NCBI RefSeq assembly: GCF_009914755.1
Contig: NC_060927.1
DNA from: the human T2T-CHM13v2.0 reference genome, Homo sapiens
Length of the DNA stretch: 64,000 bases
Direction: 5' to 3' (one strand)
Under the pieces are notes generated by a model. That model was not told the DNA's origin, made no database searches, and saw only the letters and a program-made list of their open reading frames with translations. Positions within the stretch are counted from its first letter, which is position 1. Each line of letters opens with the position of its first letter. This document shows positions 13,241 to 26,639 of the stretch, piece after piece. The position numbers were made by a program, and so were the translations under genes.

Positions 13241-14222
13241 CACTCTGGCGAAGCACAGAGACAGACTGACATAGAGATTGGCCTATGTAAGATTGTGGAC
13301 TTGCTAACTAGGAGGTGCATTGGAGGCTTTGGTCTTAGGCGGTGGGGTTGAGGGTTGTGCCTTTTAAGCCCTGCTGTAGAAATGTATGATGGGGTGATTG
13401 ACCACATTAAGAATCTGATTCTGAAGACTCTTGTTGTCCCCTGGTTGTGACTTTAATCTTATAGTGCCTCATTCCTTTCCACCATCTCCAGCCCCCACTG
13501 ACCTTCTGGCCTTGGAAACCCTGTTGCCAAGCAGGGAAGGTCCTATTTTAGGGGACAGAAAACCTTTGTGTATCAGGGAACTGACATAAATAATTATAAT
13601 GTAGGATTTTAATGGTGGAACGTGTATCAGTATAAAAACGAGGGGTGGTCTGCTCTCAGTGAATTTTTATGGGACCCTTGTAGGTGGTGAAAAGGGAGGT
13701 GTAGCTGAACTTCTTTAATGTTCATGGCTGAGGGCATTGCCTGCTCCTGAGAAAACAACGGGAAAGACAGAAATAATTAATCCCATGCTGCCATGGTGAC
13801 CTGTCTGGACTGGAAACTACTAGGGTGGTGAGAAAAGGGCTGCAGAATCTTAGAGAGGAAATTCCAGCTTCATATTACATTAATCTAGTTTAAAAATGAA
13901 TTAAAAGCCTTTTCAGCCCTTCCAAGTTCTTGCCTACATTTTGAGGGCAGCATGGCCTGGCTTTTTGTGAATTTATGGTTGTTGTGATTTTTTTCCATTC
14001 CGTGGAGTACTCTCAGGTGGTCCTTTGCCCTGGACTCACAGTGGCCTGGGGTCCCTTGAGCAGAACACAACTTGGGAGTGCAGCTGGATATCTTAGGAGT
14101 CTCTGAGCTGGCTCGCTCTCCCTTCCTCTCTTCTTCCTCTTCCTACCACTGTCAGGAAGCTTAGCGTGGAGTTCTGGATCCCAGCTCCCTCTCACATTCA
14201 TTCATGTGAGCTACTGCCATGG

Positions 14223-14659
14223 TGTCAGTAATGGGTTGAATGGCTGCACCCCAAAAGATGTGTCCATGTCCCAGAACCCGTGAGTGTGACCTAATTTGGG
14301 AAAAGGGTCTTCACAGATGTAATTAAGGATTCTGAGATGAGAGGTGGACTCTAAAGCCAATGACAGGTGTCCTTATAAGAGACACACAGTAGAGACACTT
14401 GTAGAAAGGAGAAGGCCATGTGCAGATGAAGGCAGAGGATAAGCGTTACGCAGCCACAGGCCAAGGAGAGACTGGAGCCACCAGAAACTAGAAGGGGCAA
14501 GGAAGGATTCTCCCCCTGCAGCCCTCACAGAGAGCACGGCCCTGCTGACTCCTTGATTTTGGACATCTGGCTTCCAGAATTGTGAGATAATGAATTTCTG
14601 TTGTTTTAAGTCACCAAGTTTGAGGTAATTTGTTACAGCGGCCCCAGGAAACAAGTACA
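14223..14659 (+). mobile_element. MLT1 (MLT1C-like) MaLR solo LTR
   Basis: GGGTTGAATGG...CCCAAAAGAT...GGGTCTTCACAGATGTAATTAAG...AATTTCTGTTGTTTTAAG...TTTGTTACAGCGGCCCCAGGAAACAAGTACA. Confidence 0.85.
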
Positions 14660-15349
14660 GTGTCCAAACCTAACCTTGATCCAGCAGCACAAGGGAGCTT
14701 GTTAGAAATGAGATTCTGGGGCCTTACCAGATTCAGTCAGTCTGGAGTGGCACGAAGAAATGAAATCGCAGTAAGGGTCTGCAGGTGGTTCTGATGCACC
14801 AGCATCCATTGTTCATGCTCCCCTTTTAGCCCTATTTTCTTTTCATCCAATTTACTTCAACTTGGGCAAAATGCATGCTCACGTTTGCAACCACCTCCCA
14901 TATGTCATTGCACTGTACATCTGAATCTTCACCCCAGCTCCCTTTCAGCACTGAAGTCCATTTTGGATGTCTGTTGATTGAGGGAGCCACCTGCATTTTC
15001 CTCAGGCTTCTCAGAGGGAGCACAGACTTCACAACCTTCATTATCCACCTCCCAAACCAGCTCTTTGATCTGGGCTCCTGACCTGTTAGTAGCACATCTA
15101 AACGCAGTAGAACAGGCACGTCAGTCATTCTTGCTCCACTGCCTTTCCCCTAATTTCCAGTTAGTCGATTCTTCATCCAAATAGCTTTCAAATTTTTCCC
15201 CTCTCTTTCATCCCCACCTGTCTCTTTGCCTTCTTTCAGACTTTCTCCAGACATCCTTCTAGCCAAACTGCTTTCAGAGTGACCTGTCTGCAAATTTGTC
15301 AAATCATTCCTATATTAAATCTTTTAAATGACTTGCCATTGCTCAAGTT

Positions 15350-15810
<461 letters not shown>

Positions 15811-16634
15811 TAGAGGATAAGGCCCAAACTCATCCAGTATTGGAAACTTTTCATGACCAGGCCCCACCAGGGTTCCTCCCCATCTCCTAGCGCAGCCCTG
15901 CACATGCCTGTGGGGCAGCCATCCCACCTGTTTGCCCCTCCCCAAGTGTGTCATTCTATTTCATACCTTCCTGCCTTTGCTTAGACCTCTGCCTACAAAA
16001 GAATGCCTTTTTCCCTCTTGGATTCCAAGGAAATTCTCCCTATCCTTCAAGAGCGAGCCCCCCCTCCCTTGCACTGACTCCTGTTCCCCAGTTTAAGGCT
16101 GCTTCCTCCAGAGCCCTGGATGCCCCATCAGTGAAGCACTCTCATCATCATAGGAGCTGTCTGCACGTCTCTCTCCTCCATTGGAGAGTGGGCTCCAGGA
16201 GGTTGCTGAATGAGGGAAGAAATAAAAGATTCAAAAAGGCCAAGGAGAGGAAATCATTCTGTTTCTTAGAATTATTGTACTGATACTGCATTATACCTCA
16301 TCAGATACTTGTTAAGAAAACAAAACTCTGCTTGATTTTAGTGAAAGCATTGAAAATGTGTTAGTAGTAGTAATATTGTGTACCATTAATTGAATATTTG
16401 CTAGCTAAGGTCTCTATATTCACTGCCTTCTTCAGCTATCACAATAATCTTCTCAGGTGTTATTCTCATTTTAAAGAACAAGTTAAACAAAATACTGTGT
16501 GATCAAGTAAACGCAAGATGGTAGAAAATACAAAGTAGAATATTTACGTGATCACCTGGTCAGCAGTGTGCTAATGGCATGCTATAGACTGATCAGGAAA
16601 GACTGGTTTTGTTGGTAAAGATAGCTAACCATAT

Positions 16635-16993
16635 TGTATTAGTCTGTTTTCACACTGCTGTAAAGAGCTACCTGAGACGGTAATTTATGAAGAAAAGAGG
16701 TTTAATTGACTCACAGTTTTGCAGGCTTAATGGGAAGCATGACAGGGAGGCCTCAGGAAACTTAATCATGGCAGAAGGTAAAGGGGAAGCGGCATCTTCT
16801 TCACATGGCAGCAGGAGAGAGAGAGCAAAGGGGGAAGTGCCACATACTTTTAAACCATCACATCTTGTAAAAACTCACTGTTCAGGAGAACAGCAAGGAG
16901 GAAATCCGCCCCCATGATCCAGTCACCTCCCACCAGGCCCCTCCTCCAGTTCAACATGAGATTTGGGCAGGGACACAAACTCAAACCATATCA
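16635..16993 (-). mobile_element. MSTA/THE1D-type MaLR solo LTR with 5-bp TSD CATAT
   Basis: TGTATTAGTC...AAACCATATCA termini; CATAT at 16630-16634 and 16994-16998. Confidence 0.9.
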
Positions 16994-17348
16994 CATATGT
17001 AGTTTTTTTGAGTGGCAGATACATGTATGACACTGAATTTGGCATAAAATAAGCACAACTGTTAAGCATACCAACCAAAAGATGAGATGGTGGTTTATAT
17101 TTGCTAATGTTTAGAATCACACAAATCTAGTCTTCCATTTAAGTACGTTAGAAGTTAGTTTGAAGCTCAGAGTCACAAGATCAGGACTGAAAACCCGACC
17201 TTTCCAGTGACATGTGATGTGGTGCTGGGACTTTGTCTTCATTTTTCTGAGCCTTGGTGTCCCATCTTTGAAATAGAAATACAATTTCCCAGCCTGCAGT
17301 AGCATCGTAAGAAGGAAAATAAGGAGGGGTGTATGAAAGAGATTTGTA

Positions 17349-17639
17349 GGCCAGGCACAGTGGCTCACACCTGTAATCCCAGCACTTTGGGAGGCCGAGG
17401 CAGGCAGATCATCTGAGGTCGGGAGTTTGAGACCAGCCTGACCAACGTGGAGAAACCCCATCTCTACTAAAAATACAAAATTAGCAAGGCGTGGTGGTGC
17501 ATGCCTATAATCCCAGCTACTCGGGAAGGCTGAGGCAGGAGAATCGCTTGAACCCAGGAGGCGGAGGTTGCAGTGAGCCAAGATTATGCCATTGCACTCC
17601 AGCATGGGCGACAAGAGCACAACTCCGTCTCAAAAAAAA
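17349..17639 (+). mobile_element. AluSp-like
   Basis: GTCGGGAGTT, GGAGAAACCCC and GACAAGAGC diagnostics; imperfect TSD AAAG(A/T)GATTTG(T/C)A. Confidence 0.95.
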
Positions 17640-18919
17640 GTGATTTGCAAATGGTACAAGGCTACACAGGAATGAGGCTGGGTGTTTTTGTCTTTGTTCT
17701 GTGTTTGGGTTGAGAAGGTTGGTCTTTGGGAGGAGTCAGGATGAGGAAGGTGGTGTTCTGCTGGGTAAGCGGATATGGGCACTGAAACAATCGCAGGCTG
17801 CCTGAATTCCAGGCAGGGTGGGGCACGAGGATGCTGGGATGTGAGCCTGAGAAAAACAATTGGAATGAGCTACTTAGGGAGAATGAGGGAATAGAGAAGA
17901 ACAGTTGAAAATTAGAGTCTTGCTGTGGTTTTGAAACAGTGAAGCTGAGAGAATGTAATTGGTTGGAGTTTTGCACTGGGTCACCTGTAACCAAAGACCA
18001 GCCCAGAGACCACAGATCAGTTCCAGGGAGCTTGATATCTTGATCTTTTATTCTTAGGTTATTCCCAACAATTCTGCTCCCAGGAGCTCTGAAACTTTCT
18101 GGATCTGAGTTCAAGAGCTTACTTGCCTTGTGGCCTCAGTACCTTGATTCCAAACATATTGATGGATTAAGCTGTTCAGAACTGCTTCCTACAGGGTCAC
18201 ATCCTAATGATGTGTGCTCAGTTTCCTTCTTTAAAGATGAAGCCAAGGCTTTCTCTTTTTTTATTCTAATAGATTTAAAAATATTTTCTAAGTATAACAG
18301 TACTGATCTCAAAATATGATTTTTGGGGAAGAAGAATGATCCCTTTCTGCTGCTCTGTGGAGGTGAGCTAGAATACAGTCATGTCTTTTTATCCCAGTCA
18401 TCACCGTCCTGAACTTACTGAAAGTTTCTAGAGCAGGAATCAGTAGAGCATGTTTAAGTGATCAGTAGATGTATTTTAAGATAGAATTGATGTTCTAAAA
18501 TACCTCAGCAGGCAGAGAAAGGATGGATAAAACAAACACAATTAAGTTTAACCAGAATAAATAAGGGAAATTTTGAGTTTCAGTTAAAAAAAAAATCCAG
18601 TCCTGGAGGTTTGGAAGCCATAGGAGAGGAATAAAACAAGGGAAGAAAGGAGAAGTTCAGGAAAAAAAAAAAAAAAGTCTGTATATTATAAATAAAATCA
18701 ATTATTGAGCACTTACTACTTGCTATGTACTTGCTGAGTGCTCATATACTCTCAATCCTCCCAGAACTCCATGATATGTATAGTAGTCACTCCGTTTTAT
18801 AGATGAGGAAACTGAGGCTTACAGTGAGGTCAACCACTTTAATAAGTGGGGTCCTAGCATCTGCCATTTGAGGAGTATGGCATAATAAGCCATGTGGAAC
18901 CAGGAGTCTAGAAACTTCT

Positions 18920-19071
18920 CTCTCTTTTTTTTTTTTTTTTTTCTGTTTTTAACTAAGACTGGGTCTTGCTATGTTGGCCAGGTTGGTCTTGAACTCTTGG
19001 CCTTAAACAGTCTTCCCGCCTCAGCCTCCCAAAGTGCTAGGATTACAGGTGTGAGCTACCACACCCACCGG
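18920..19071 (-). mobile_element. Alu left monomer (FLAM-type) with 17-bp TSD
   Basis: Single monomer with poly(T); GGAGTCTAGAAACTTCT at 18903-18919 and 19072-19088. Confidence 0.9.
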
Positions 19072-19132
19072 GGAGTCTAGAAACTTCTTTTGGTCACACT
19101 ATGAGATCTTAGGCTTTTCTGTAGAGTTTTTT

Positions 19133-19163
<31 letters not shown>

Positions 19164-21880
19164 GTTGATATAAGGGAGTAGCTGAAGAAATTGGAGATGT
19201 ATAGCCCAGGAAAGGGTAAACATTCAAAGGGCTGTCGTATGGCAAAGGCTACAGTTGAGGGCCCCTCAGTTGCTCCCTCCCTGGTGGGGACTTCTCTAAC
19301 AAGGAGATTCACACACTGGCTGGAGCCGTCCTCAGCCCCTCACCCCACTCCCCATCTGAAGAATCTCTAAAATCCATTCATGGCAAATAAGAATGAGTCA
19401 GAGTGCGTGTTCCACTAAGCATCATGCCCTCTGTGCTTTTTGTTATCTAAAACATCCCAAGCTCTGGTCATAGTGAAGTGATGCTTACTCATCTGCCCAT
19501 TTTGAGAAAGGTCTTGGGGCTGGATGACTGGCTACCTGGGACCCAGGAGCATTTCCTTGAGTGGTCTCAGCACCATCTTGTGGACACAGCACTGTGAACT
19601 GGGGATGGGCTGTGGTCATCAAATCTAAAGGAACCCCAAAACACAACCCTGAAAAAGCTGCCGCTGGGGAAGGGCTCTGCCCAAGGAATCCTGTTTTTAA
19701 GAGGGACTGCCTGCCCTCAGAGCTAGGAACTGCCTTGGGGCATTCACTTTTATGACTCTAGCCTCCTTACTAAGCCCATGACACCTGAAAGCAGAATGGG
19801 CAGGCTCAGCAATGCAGAAAGAGCCCAGCCTTTCCAGGAGTATGCTGCAGTACTGGGCTACCGTTCACTCAGGGGGACAGCAGAGGCCTCCTGGGTAGGG
19901 GGAGCCCCATGCCCCTTTCTCTCTGGCCTTTCTCCTCCTGCATCCTGCCCCACCTCTCGGGCCAGGACACCCCTGTACCCTGCCTCCCCTCCTTGCCTGG
20001 CACTTATTGCCTCTCAGAGCATAAGTCACCTTACTGCGTTTAAAAGGCCCCTCGCCACCAAGGCAAGGATGGACCAGGATGAAGCTGTGAAGGGAACAGA
20101 GTGCTCCTATGCTGAAATTCTTTGGCCTTCTTAGCCTAGTCTCCTAATGCTCTGGTGAAGCTGGGTGCCCTGATGTTTCTATGTGTGAAGAAACTGAATA
20201 ATCATCTAATTCAGGGTAAAGTGATGCTCGGAGGGCAGATTTGCTCAATCTCTTTACTTGGACGGGAAGGGGCAACGTTTAGGCCTATAGAAGCCACTCA
20301 AGGGGTAGAAGCTCCCCTCTGGTTGTTTGAACCCCTAACCTCTTCTCTGTTTATTCTTCACAGTGGGGCTGTGCGGGTGCCTTATCCTTAATGGGCATGC
20401 AGGGCTCCCCAAAACAATATAGTCACTTAATTTTGTGTCTGTTAACACACAGTTATTGACTGTATTTATCACAATATTGCATCGTGATGCATGTATCTAT
20501 TCTTTCAAAGTATTATAAAAATAATTTTTTATATAATTCTTTGAAAGTATCAAAAAATAGGTTTTTTTCACTGTACCAAAAATATTAACATATTCTCCCA
20601 AAGTCTTAATATATGAACTCTTACTGTATTACCTATAATCCCGTATTTTGTTAAAAATTTGGTTTTGCATGTGCCTTCCACAAGCACTTTTTCCCTGGCT
20701 TCCCTTCTTTTGGGGTCAGCCTGGCCTGAGCCCTTCAGCTCCTGACGATACGGCCTGCAGAGCTGATCTTGCCAGGACTTAGAGGAAGCTCTTAAAGCCT
20801 GAATCTCTCCAGGCCACTCAACTCTCCACTTCAGCACTAGGGAAATCTCCACTTACAAACTGACCCTGCTTCCAATACCTTTCAACTGTCGAGCATTTAA
20901 TTGGTTGCTAGTATCATAATGAGATGGACTGGAGAAAAAAAGCTGTAGTTATAGGTTTTTGTTTGTTTGTTTTCTGGAATTTTCATGGAAGATTACGAGA
21001 GTGAAAAGCAATAGAATGAGATACTACATTTTATCTGTATTATCTCATTTAATCCTTATAAGAATGAGGTCACACTGCTGTGTCCACTTTATAGTTTTTT
21101 TAAAAACCAGGTCTAGAGATGCTAATTAACTTGTACATGTGCATACAGCCAGCAAGTTAGCGGAACTGTAATTTAAACCCAGGAGTGGGTAACCAGTGCT
21201 CTACCTCTGAAGACAAAGATAACTCACTATACGGGAAGAAAAAGGATGCCCCACAGAAGAGGAAAGGAAAGCTTGGAACTATCAACTACATTTGACAGTT
21301 CCCGGTAATTTAATCAAGGACTTCAAGGGAAGCTTGAACCAAAATCTAAAATAAAGCACAATAAACATGCCAAATCCCAAAGTGAACCCAAATTTTTAAT
21401 TATTTTTTACTGAACAAAATACAAACTAATGAATCCACTAAACTGAGACTTAAATGAAAAAGATTCTAAAATCAAAAACCCAAAACACCAAAGTATTCTC
21501 TAAAATAAATTGTAACCAAACTGATATGTTATTAAAAAATCCCCTTTGCATCAAGAGAAAGGAGCAGATGTGATTTGTCAAGTCTGTAAACAGATCGGAG
21601 AGGTAATGAGGCCCAGTGCAGGAGAGGCTTCTTTAGGAAGGTGAAAGAATGTCACTATCCAAAACAGACAATACACAGATAAAACCCTAGCTTTGTTTTT
21701 ATTCATCAATTTATACCCAAATTTGAGTGACCTTCTGATTTAAGAGGATAAGTCCACATAATGGAAATTTATTGATGATCTAAGTATTTATCTTAAACAC
21801 CTTCCTTTCTACCAAGCTTTTTACTGGAACAGGTAATAAACAGTGAACTTGAAAGACTTTTTATTTAAATAGTTACTGCC

Positions 21881-22185
21881 AGCTTGGTGTGGTGGCTCAC
21901 ACCTGTAATCCCAGCACTTTGGGAGGCCAAAGCCAGAGGATCACTTACGCCCAGGAGTTCAAGACCAGTCTAGGCAACATGGCAAGACCCTGACTCTACA
22001 AAGAAATAAAAAAAATTAGCTGGGCATGTTAGCGGGCACCTGTGATCCTAACTACTCAGGATCTGAGATGGGAGGATCACTTGAGCCCAGGAGTTCCAGG
22101 CCACAGTGAGCAATGATCAAGCTACTGCACTCCAGCCTGGGTGGCAGAGTGAGACCCTGTCAGTAAAAAAAATAAAAATAAAAAA
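21881..22185 (+). mobile_element. AluJ
   Basis: GGAGGATCACTTGAGCCCAGGAGTTC in the right arm; GCAACATGGCAAGACCC. Confidence 0.9.
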
Positions 22186-22280
22186 TAATAATTCCTTTTT
22201 CCATTTGCTTAGAAGAGATGCTAACAATGCAGCTAAAGAAAGAAAATTATTTAAATGATAGTTATAATTAAATGCCTGTA

Positions 22281-22310
22281 TGTGTGTGTGTGCGTGTGTG
22301 TGTGTGTGTG
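22281..22310. repeat. (TG)n microsatellite, one interruption
   Basis: TGTGTGTGTGTGCGTGTGTG... Confidence 0.9.
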
Positions 22311-22544
22311 GTGGCCAAAGCTCACATGTAACTGCTGTCTGAATTAAGAAAGAATAATTAGTTAATGAGCCCCTATGGGGTATCAAGCACTGTGAGGGGG
22401 TCTGGGGAACTCTGGACACACAGTGAAATAGGATATTTGTCCCTGCCATTGAGGAATTTCACATTCCCTAATTTGGGGCCTGGGGCCAAGGCTTAGCTAA
22501 TACTTGCTCCTGCTGACATTTTTGACTAATAATTAATTGGTAAT

Positions 22545-22790
22545 AGTAATAATAATAATAGCTAATGTTTATGAAGCTTGATTTTTATGCCAGATACTAT
22601 ACCAAGCACTTTAAAGGTACCACTTAGTCCTCATGTTAACCCAAGTATCTTCTATTATTAGCTCCCATTTTGCAGAGGAAGAAACTGAAGTGCAAGGAGT
22701 TTTTAAAATTTGCACAAGGTCACAGCCAGAGCATGACAGAGCCAGGTCCCCCAGATACCAAAGTTCAGACTTTTAGCCACTGTACCAGAC
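22545..22790 (-). mobile_element. MIR
   Basis: AATAATAGCTAATGTTTA...CCCATTTTGCAGAGGAAGAAACTGAAG...CAAGGTCACAGC. Confidence 0.75.
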
Positions 22791-23123
22791 TGGACATGGT
22801 GTGCCTTATCCTAAAGTATCTATCGTAGAGCCCTGTTTTAAGAATGGAATAACATGGAAAGAGTAACAATGCTTTGCGAGTCTCTCAGTTCTTTCAGTTC
22901 AGCAACTTTAGTCTCCCCACCATTCCTTTTCTATGCCCCCATCATATGGTAACTCTACGTATACATTCAATATTATCTTGAAATGGGAGTGGATAAAAAT
23001 CAAAATCAAAATAAGTCATATTCATAAGTGCCATATATTACTTTGAAGTTCACATTTTTTAAGAAAATGAATTAAAAGTAGAATTTATGGAAAATACTGA
23101 ATTTCCCTTAAATGTTCACCCCA

Positions 23124-23140
23124 GGGCCACCTGGTGGTCC
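23124..23140 (-). promoter_or_regulatory. Candidate CTCF site
   Basis: Minus strand reads GACCACCAGGTGGCCC, matching the CTCF core CCASYAGRKGGC. Confidence 0.5.
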
Positions 23141-23439
23141 CATATAGCATCTTTGTACATAGTGAGAAATGGCCTTCTTCTGGCAGGCACTGCAGCCCTG
23201 CACCGAGGGACATGCCCAGCCAAGCAGAGCCTGGGCTGCCTCTCAGCCTACCACAGGGCATAGCCTGTACCCCACACGTGGCAGCCCTGCTCCAGGCCCA
23301 GTTACATTTTGCCAGATGTAAACTGGTCAGTAGGCTAGTGTGATGCCCTATGAGCCTTCAATAGTTTGGTCGCTAAATGAAACCAAGAAAAACATGGACA
23401 AGCTAAGTTCTTTATGTTTTGGTGCTCCTGCACCTGAAA

Positions 23440-23650
23440 TGGAAAGTGTGGTTTTGAGTCATGCTGCCTGGGTTTGAATCCCAGCTCTGCCACCAATAGC
23501 TAAACAATCTTGGCTGAGTTCCACAGCCTCTCTAAACCTCACTTTTCTCATTTGTAAAATGAGAAAGATTGCTGTGAGGCCTAAATGGAATGATATAAAT
23601 GCAGTGTGTAGAACGGTGCAGAGCACACAGCACATATATGCTTGTTAGGT
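23440..23650 (+). mobile_element. MIR
   Basis: CTGCCTGGGTTTGAATCCCAGCTCTGCCAC...CTCATTTGTAAAATGAG. Confidence 0.75.
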
Positions 23651-23806
23651 GTTGGGACACAGCTTGGATGACATATGTAGGTGACTTCCTCCTGTCAAAT
23701 GATGTCACAATGGGGACATTGTTGCATTTGTTTGGAGTATGGGCATGTCACTTTAAAGCAGTTCTCAGACAGGCTGCCCAGAGGGGCTCCAGCATAAGCA
23801 GGAGAC

Positions 23807-23815
23807 ATGGTAAGC
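23807..23815 (+). other. ZBTB38: Candidate donor ATG|GTAAGC ending an alternative 5' exon
   Basis: Strong donor whose exonic side is ATG, in frame with the CDS after splicing to 40031; possible acceptors at 23648 or 23680. Confidence 0.5.
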
Positions 23816-24799
23816 TGTTCCTTCATAGTGTAGTCAGAAGTCACAGGCCAGGTCGTGCGGACTATATATCTTGGTAATTTTCAGCAGGATGCAAAAGCAC
23901 ACCTGCCCAGACCCTGTCTCCCAAACCCTGGCTCAGTGTCAGTGATATCATTGATCTCAAATTCTTTTTGTGGTTCCACAGGTGAGTCTGATATGCATAG
24001 TTCTGAGAACAACCGTTATAAGTACACACGACCGTGCCTTTTCCATCTACTATTCATTGCCTGATGGGGGGCAAGTGCTGGGATGCAGAGCATCTACAGT
24101 TTCATGACCCAGCAGCAGGCCACAGACCCAGCACCGTCTCCAGATTAGCTCCTTATGAGAGGAGGAGAGGAGGCCGGGGGAGGGAGCAGACGCCAGAAGG
24201 AAGTGACCGGTGAATGCAGGGTGGAAAGCTGCCAGAGTGTGGGAAGGGAAGATGTCACGTGGAAGCTAAGTCCTTTACAAACACCCAGCACCAAGGCCTC
24301 ACACGACACTGCCATGTCGCCACCTTTACAACTTTTTTAGTATTAAATTTTAAAGAATTTGTTGCCAATTCAGCCCAGGTACTCAAGACAAAGGCCAAAT
24401 TCCTGGACTTTGAACAAAGCATGTCGGTAGTGCTTGAAAGATTGCTCTTTTTCTTCCTTTTGGCCAAAATGGTGATAGTAAGCAGTTTTTCAGTGTTCCA
24501 GAGCTGTGGTTCAGTGTTTTAACTTGTTTGGGCTGTAATAGCTTTGTGGGCAGTGGATAGCTCTGTTTTATCTTATGCAGCTCAGCTTTAGGCCAGCAAT
24601 GTCGATTTGTGTGTGGGGTGGGTTCTTTTTCCTTTTTCATGTCAGAACAACCTTCTTGGCTTTTTTTTTTATGACCACCCATTAGCATAGGTGGGAAATA
24701 GCAGGGCAGTTCAGGTTGACCTGACACTGGGTCTGGAAAGCTCGGTAACAGTGCCAGGTATGATAGGCTCTATAAAGCTTAGTTTTGGGTGCTTTCTGT

Positions 24800-25240
24800 T
24801 TTTCATTCATTCAGTAAAGGTTTATTAACAATTATTATGTGGCAGTTGCAGGGCTGAGTGCTAGGAAAACTGGTCAACAGTCTCAGCCCTCATATAATTT
24901 TTACTCTGTAGTAAAGGCACAGACTTGTCAAGTAACTTTTAATTACAATCATAATAAGTACTATGAAGGAAAAGTATGCTAAAAAATATATAACAGAGGC
25001 ACCAGATGGGAGGAGAGAAGTGGGTGGTGGATGGAGGTGAGGGTGGGCTGCCCAGGCTAGAAGGACATTCCAGGCTGCAGAAGCAGCATGTGCAAACGCC
25101 CTGGGCTGGGAAGGCCCCAGGCACACTCAAGGAACAGAAGGGTGGCTAGTGTGGGTTAGAATGGCAGGAAAGGAGGTCAGATCACAGGGGACCTTAGAAG
25201 CCTTGGTAAAGCAGCTGAGATTTGGATTCAGGGTGTTGAC
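24800..25240 (-). mobile_element. L2 3' end
   Basis: TTCATTCATTCAGTAAAGGTTTATT terminus followed by typical L2 3' sequence. Confidence 0.7.
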
Positions 25241-26129
25241 AAGCCCTGCTGACCAGTCTCCACTCTGTATTGGCCAGGAGACTCTTGCCTCCATCATGGA
25301 GGAGGTTCACACCAGAAGCCAGCTCTGCCCTTGGAGACTCTCTTCCCCCAGTGCTCCCCTGAAGCTTCACACTCACCAGTCTCATGCTGCACCCTGACCG
25401 GCAGGTCCCTAGCATGAGCCCCATAATCCCTGGGGACTGCATTATCACAGACCAGTAATAAGAAGGTAAACCTACATCCTTGTGGTGGGGGAGGGGAGGC
25501 AAATGAAAACCCATCTTCCTGAGGCATTTACTTTAGATTAGCAAATCCTGGCTGTGCCAGTGTTTTCTGGGCTGTGGGGCAGACACAGATTAATTACATG
25601 TCAGGCGGCACCTGGAAAATGCCTACCGGACAGCTGTTGTACACCTGGCCAGCCATGAAGGATCCCAGGCCCAAGGCCCACCACCCAGCAATGCTCAGAT
25701 CATCCTGGCAACTGCCACCCGGGATCAAGGGGCTGCATGCCTTAACTGCCATCCTCGGCTGCCCTGCTTGGAGACCTCTCTGGCACATTCCTTGTTCTCT
25801 CTGTGATTTCTTGGCATATGACTCAGGCTGGTTGCCCCCAACTGCCCAACCTCTTGAATCCCATTCTGGGTCTTTTCCAGCTGCCAGCTTCTTCCATGGG
25901 GATCTTGTATAACAAGCCTGCAGTTTGGACTCACTGCTGGGCCCTTTTGTGCCATATAGAACAAGTCACCTGCTCTGACTTAATTACTGCTGTATGTGTA
26001 CACATTCATGTGAGGCAAGTCACTTCTCCAGGCTCAGTTACCACATCTGTACTATGAGCATGTTAATAATACTAGCTTCCATATTGAGCACTAACTGTTA
26101 ATTCATTGAATCCTGTGAGTACATACTAG

Positions 26130-26419
<290 letters not shown>

Positions 26420-26639
26420 AGTATTTCCATTTTTTATGTGCCGGCCTCCACAGGATTGTGGAAGTGATTAAATTAATTAATATGCAAAGTGCTTTGCAAC
26501 TTGAAATTTATCTGATAAAAGCAATTTTATTCAATATTGGGGAATTCAGACAGATGAAAATTGTAATTGGCAATATTTATGGTGACCATCCTCATGTAAT
26601 GTTGATTTATAAACATATATCTTTTTATAGTATAGATTG

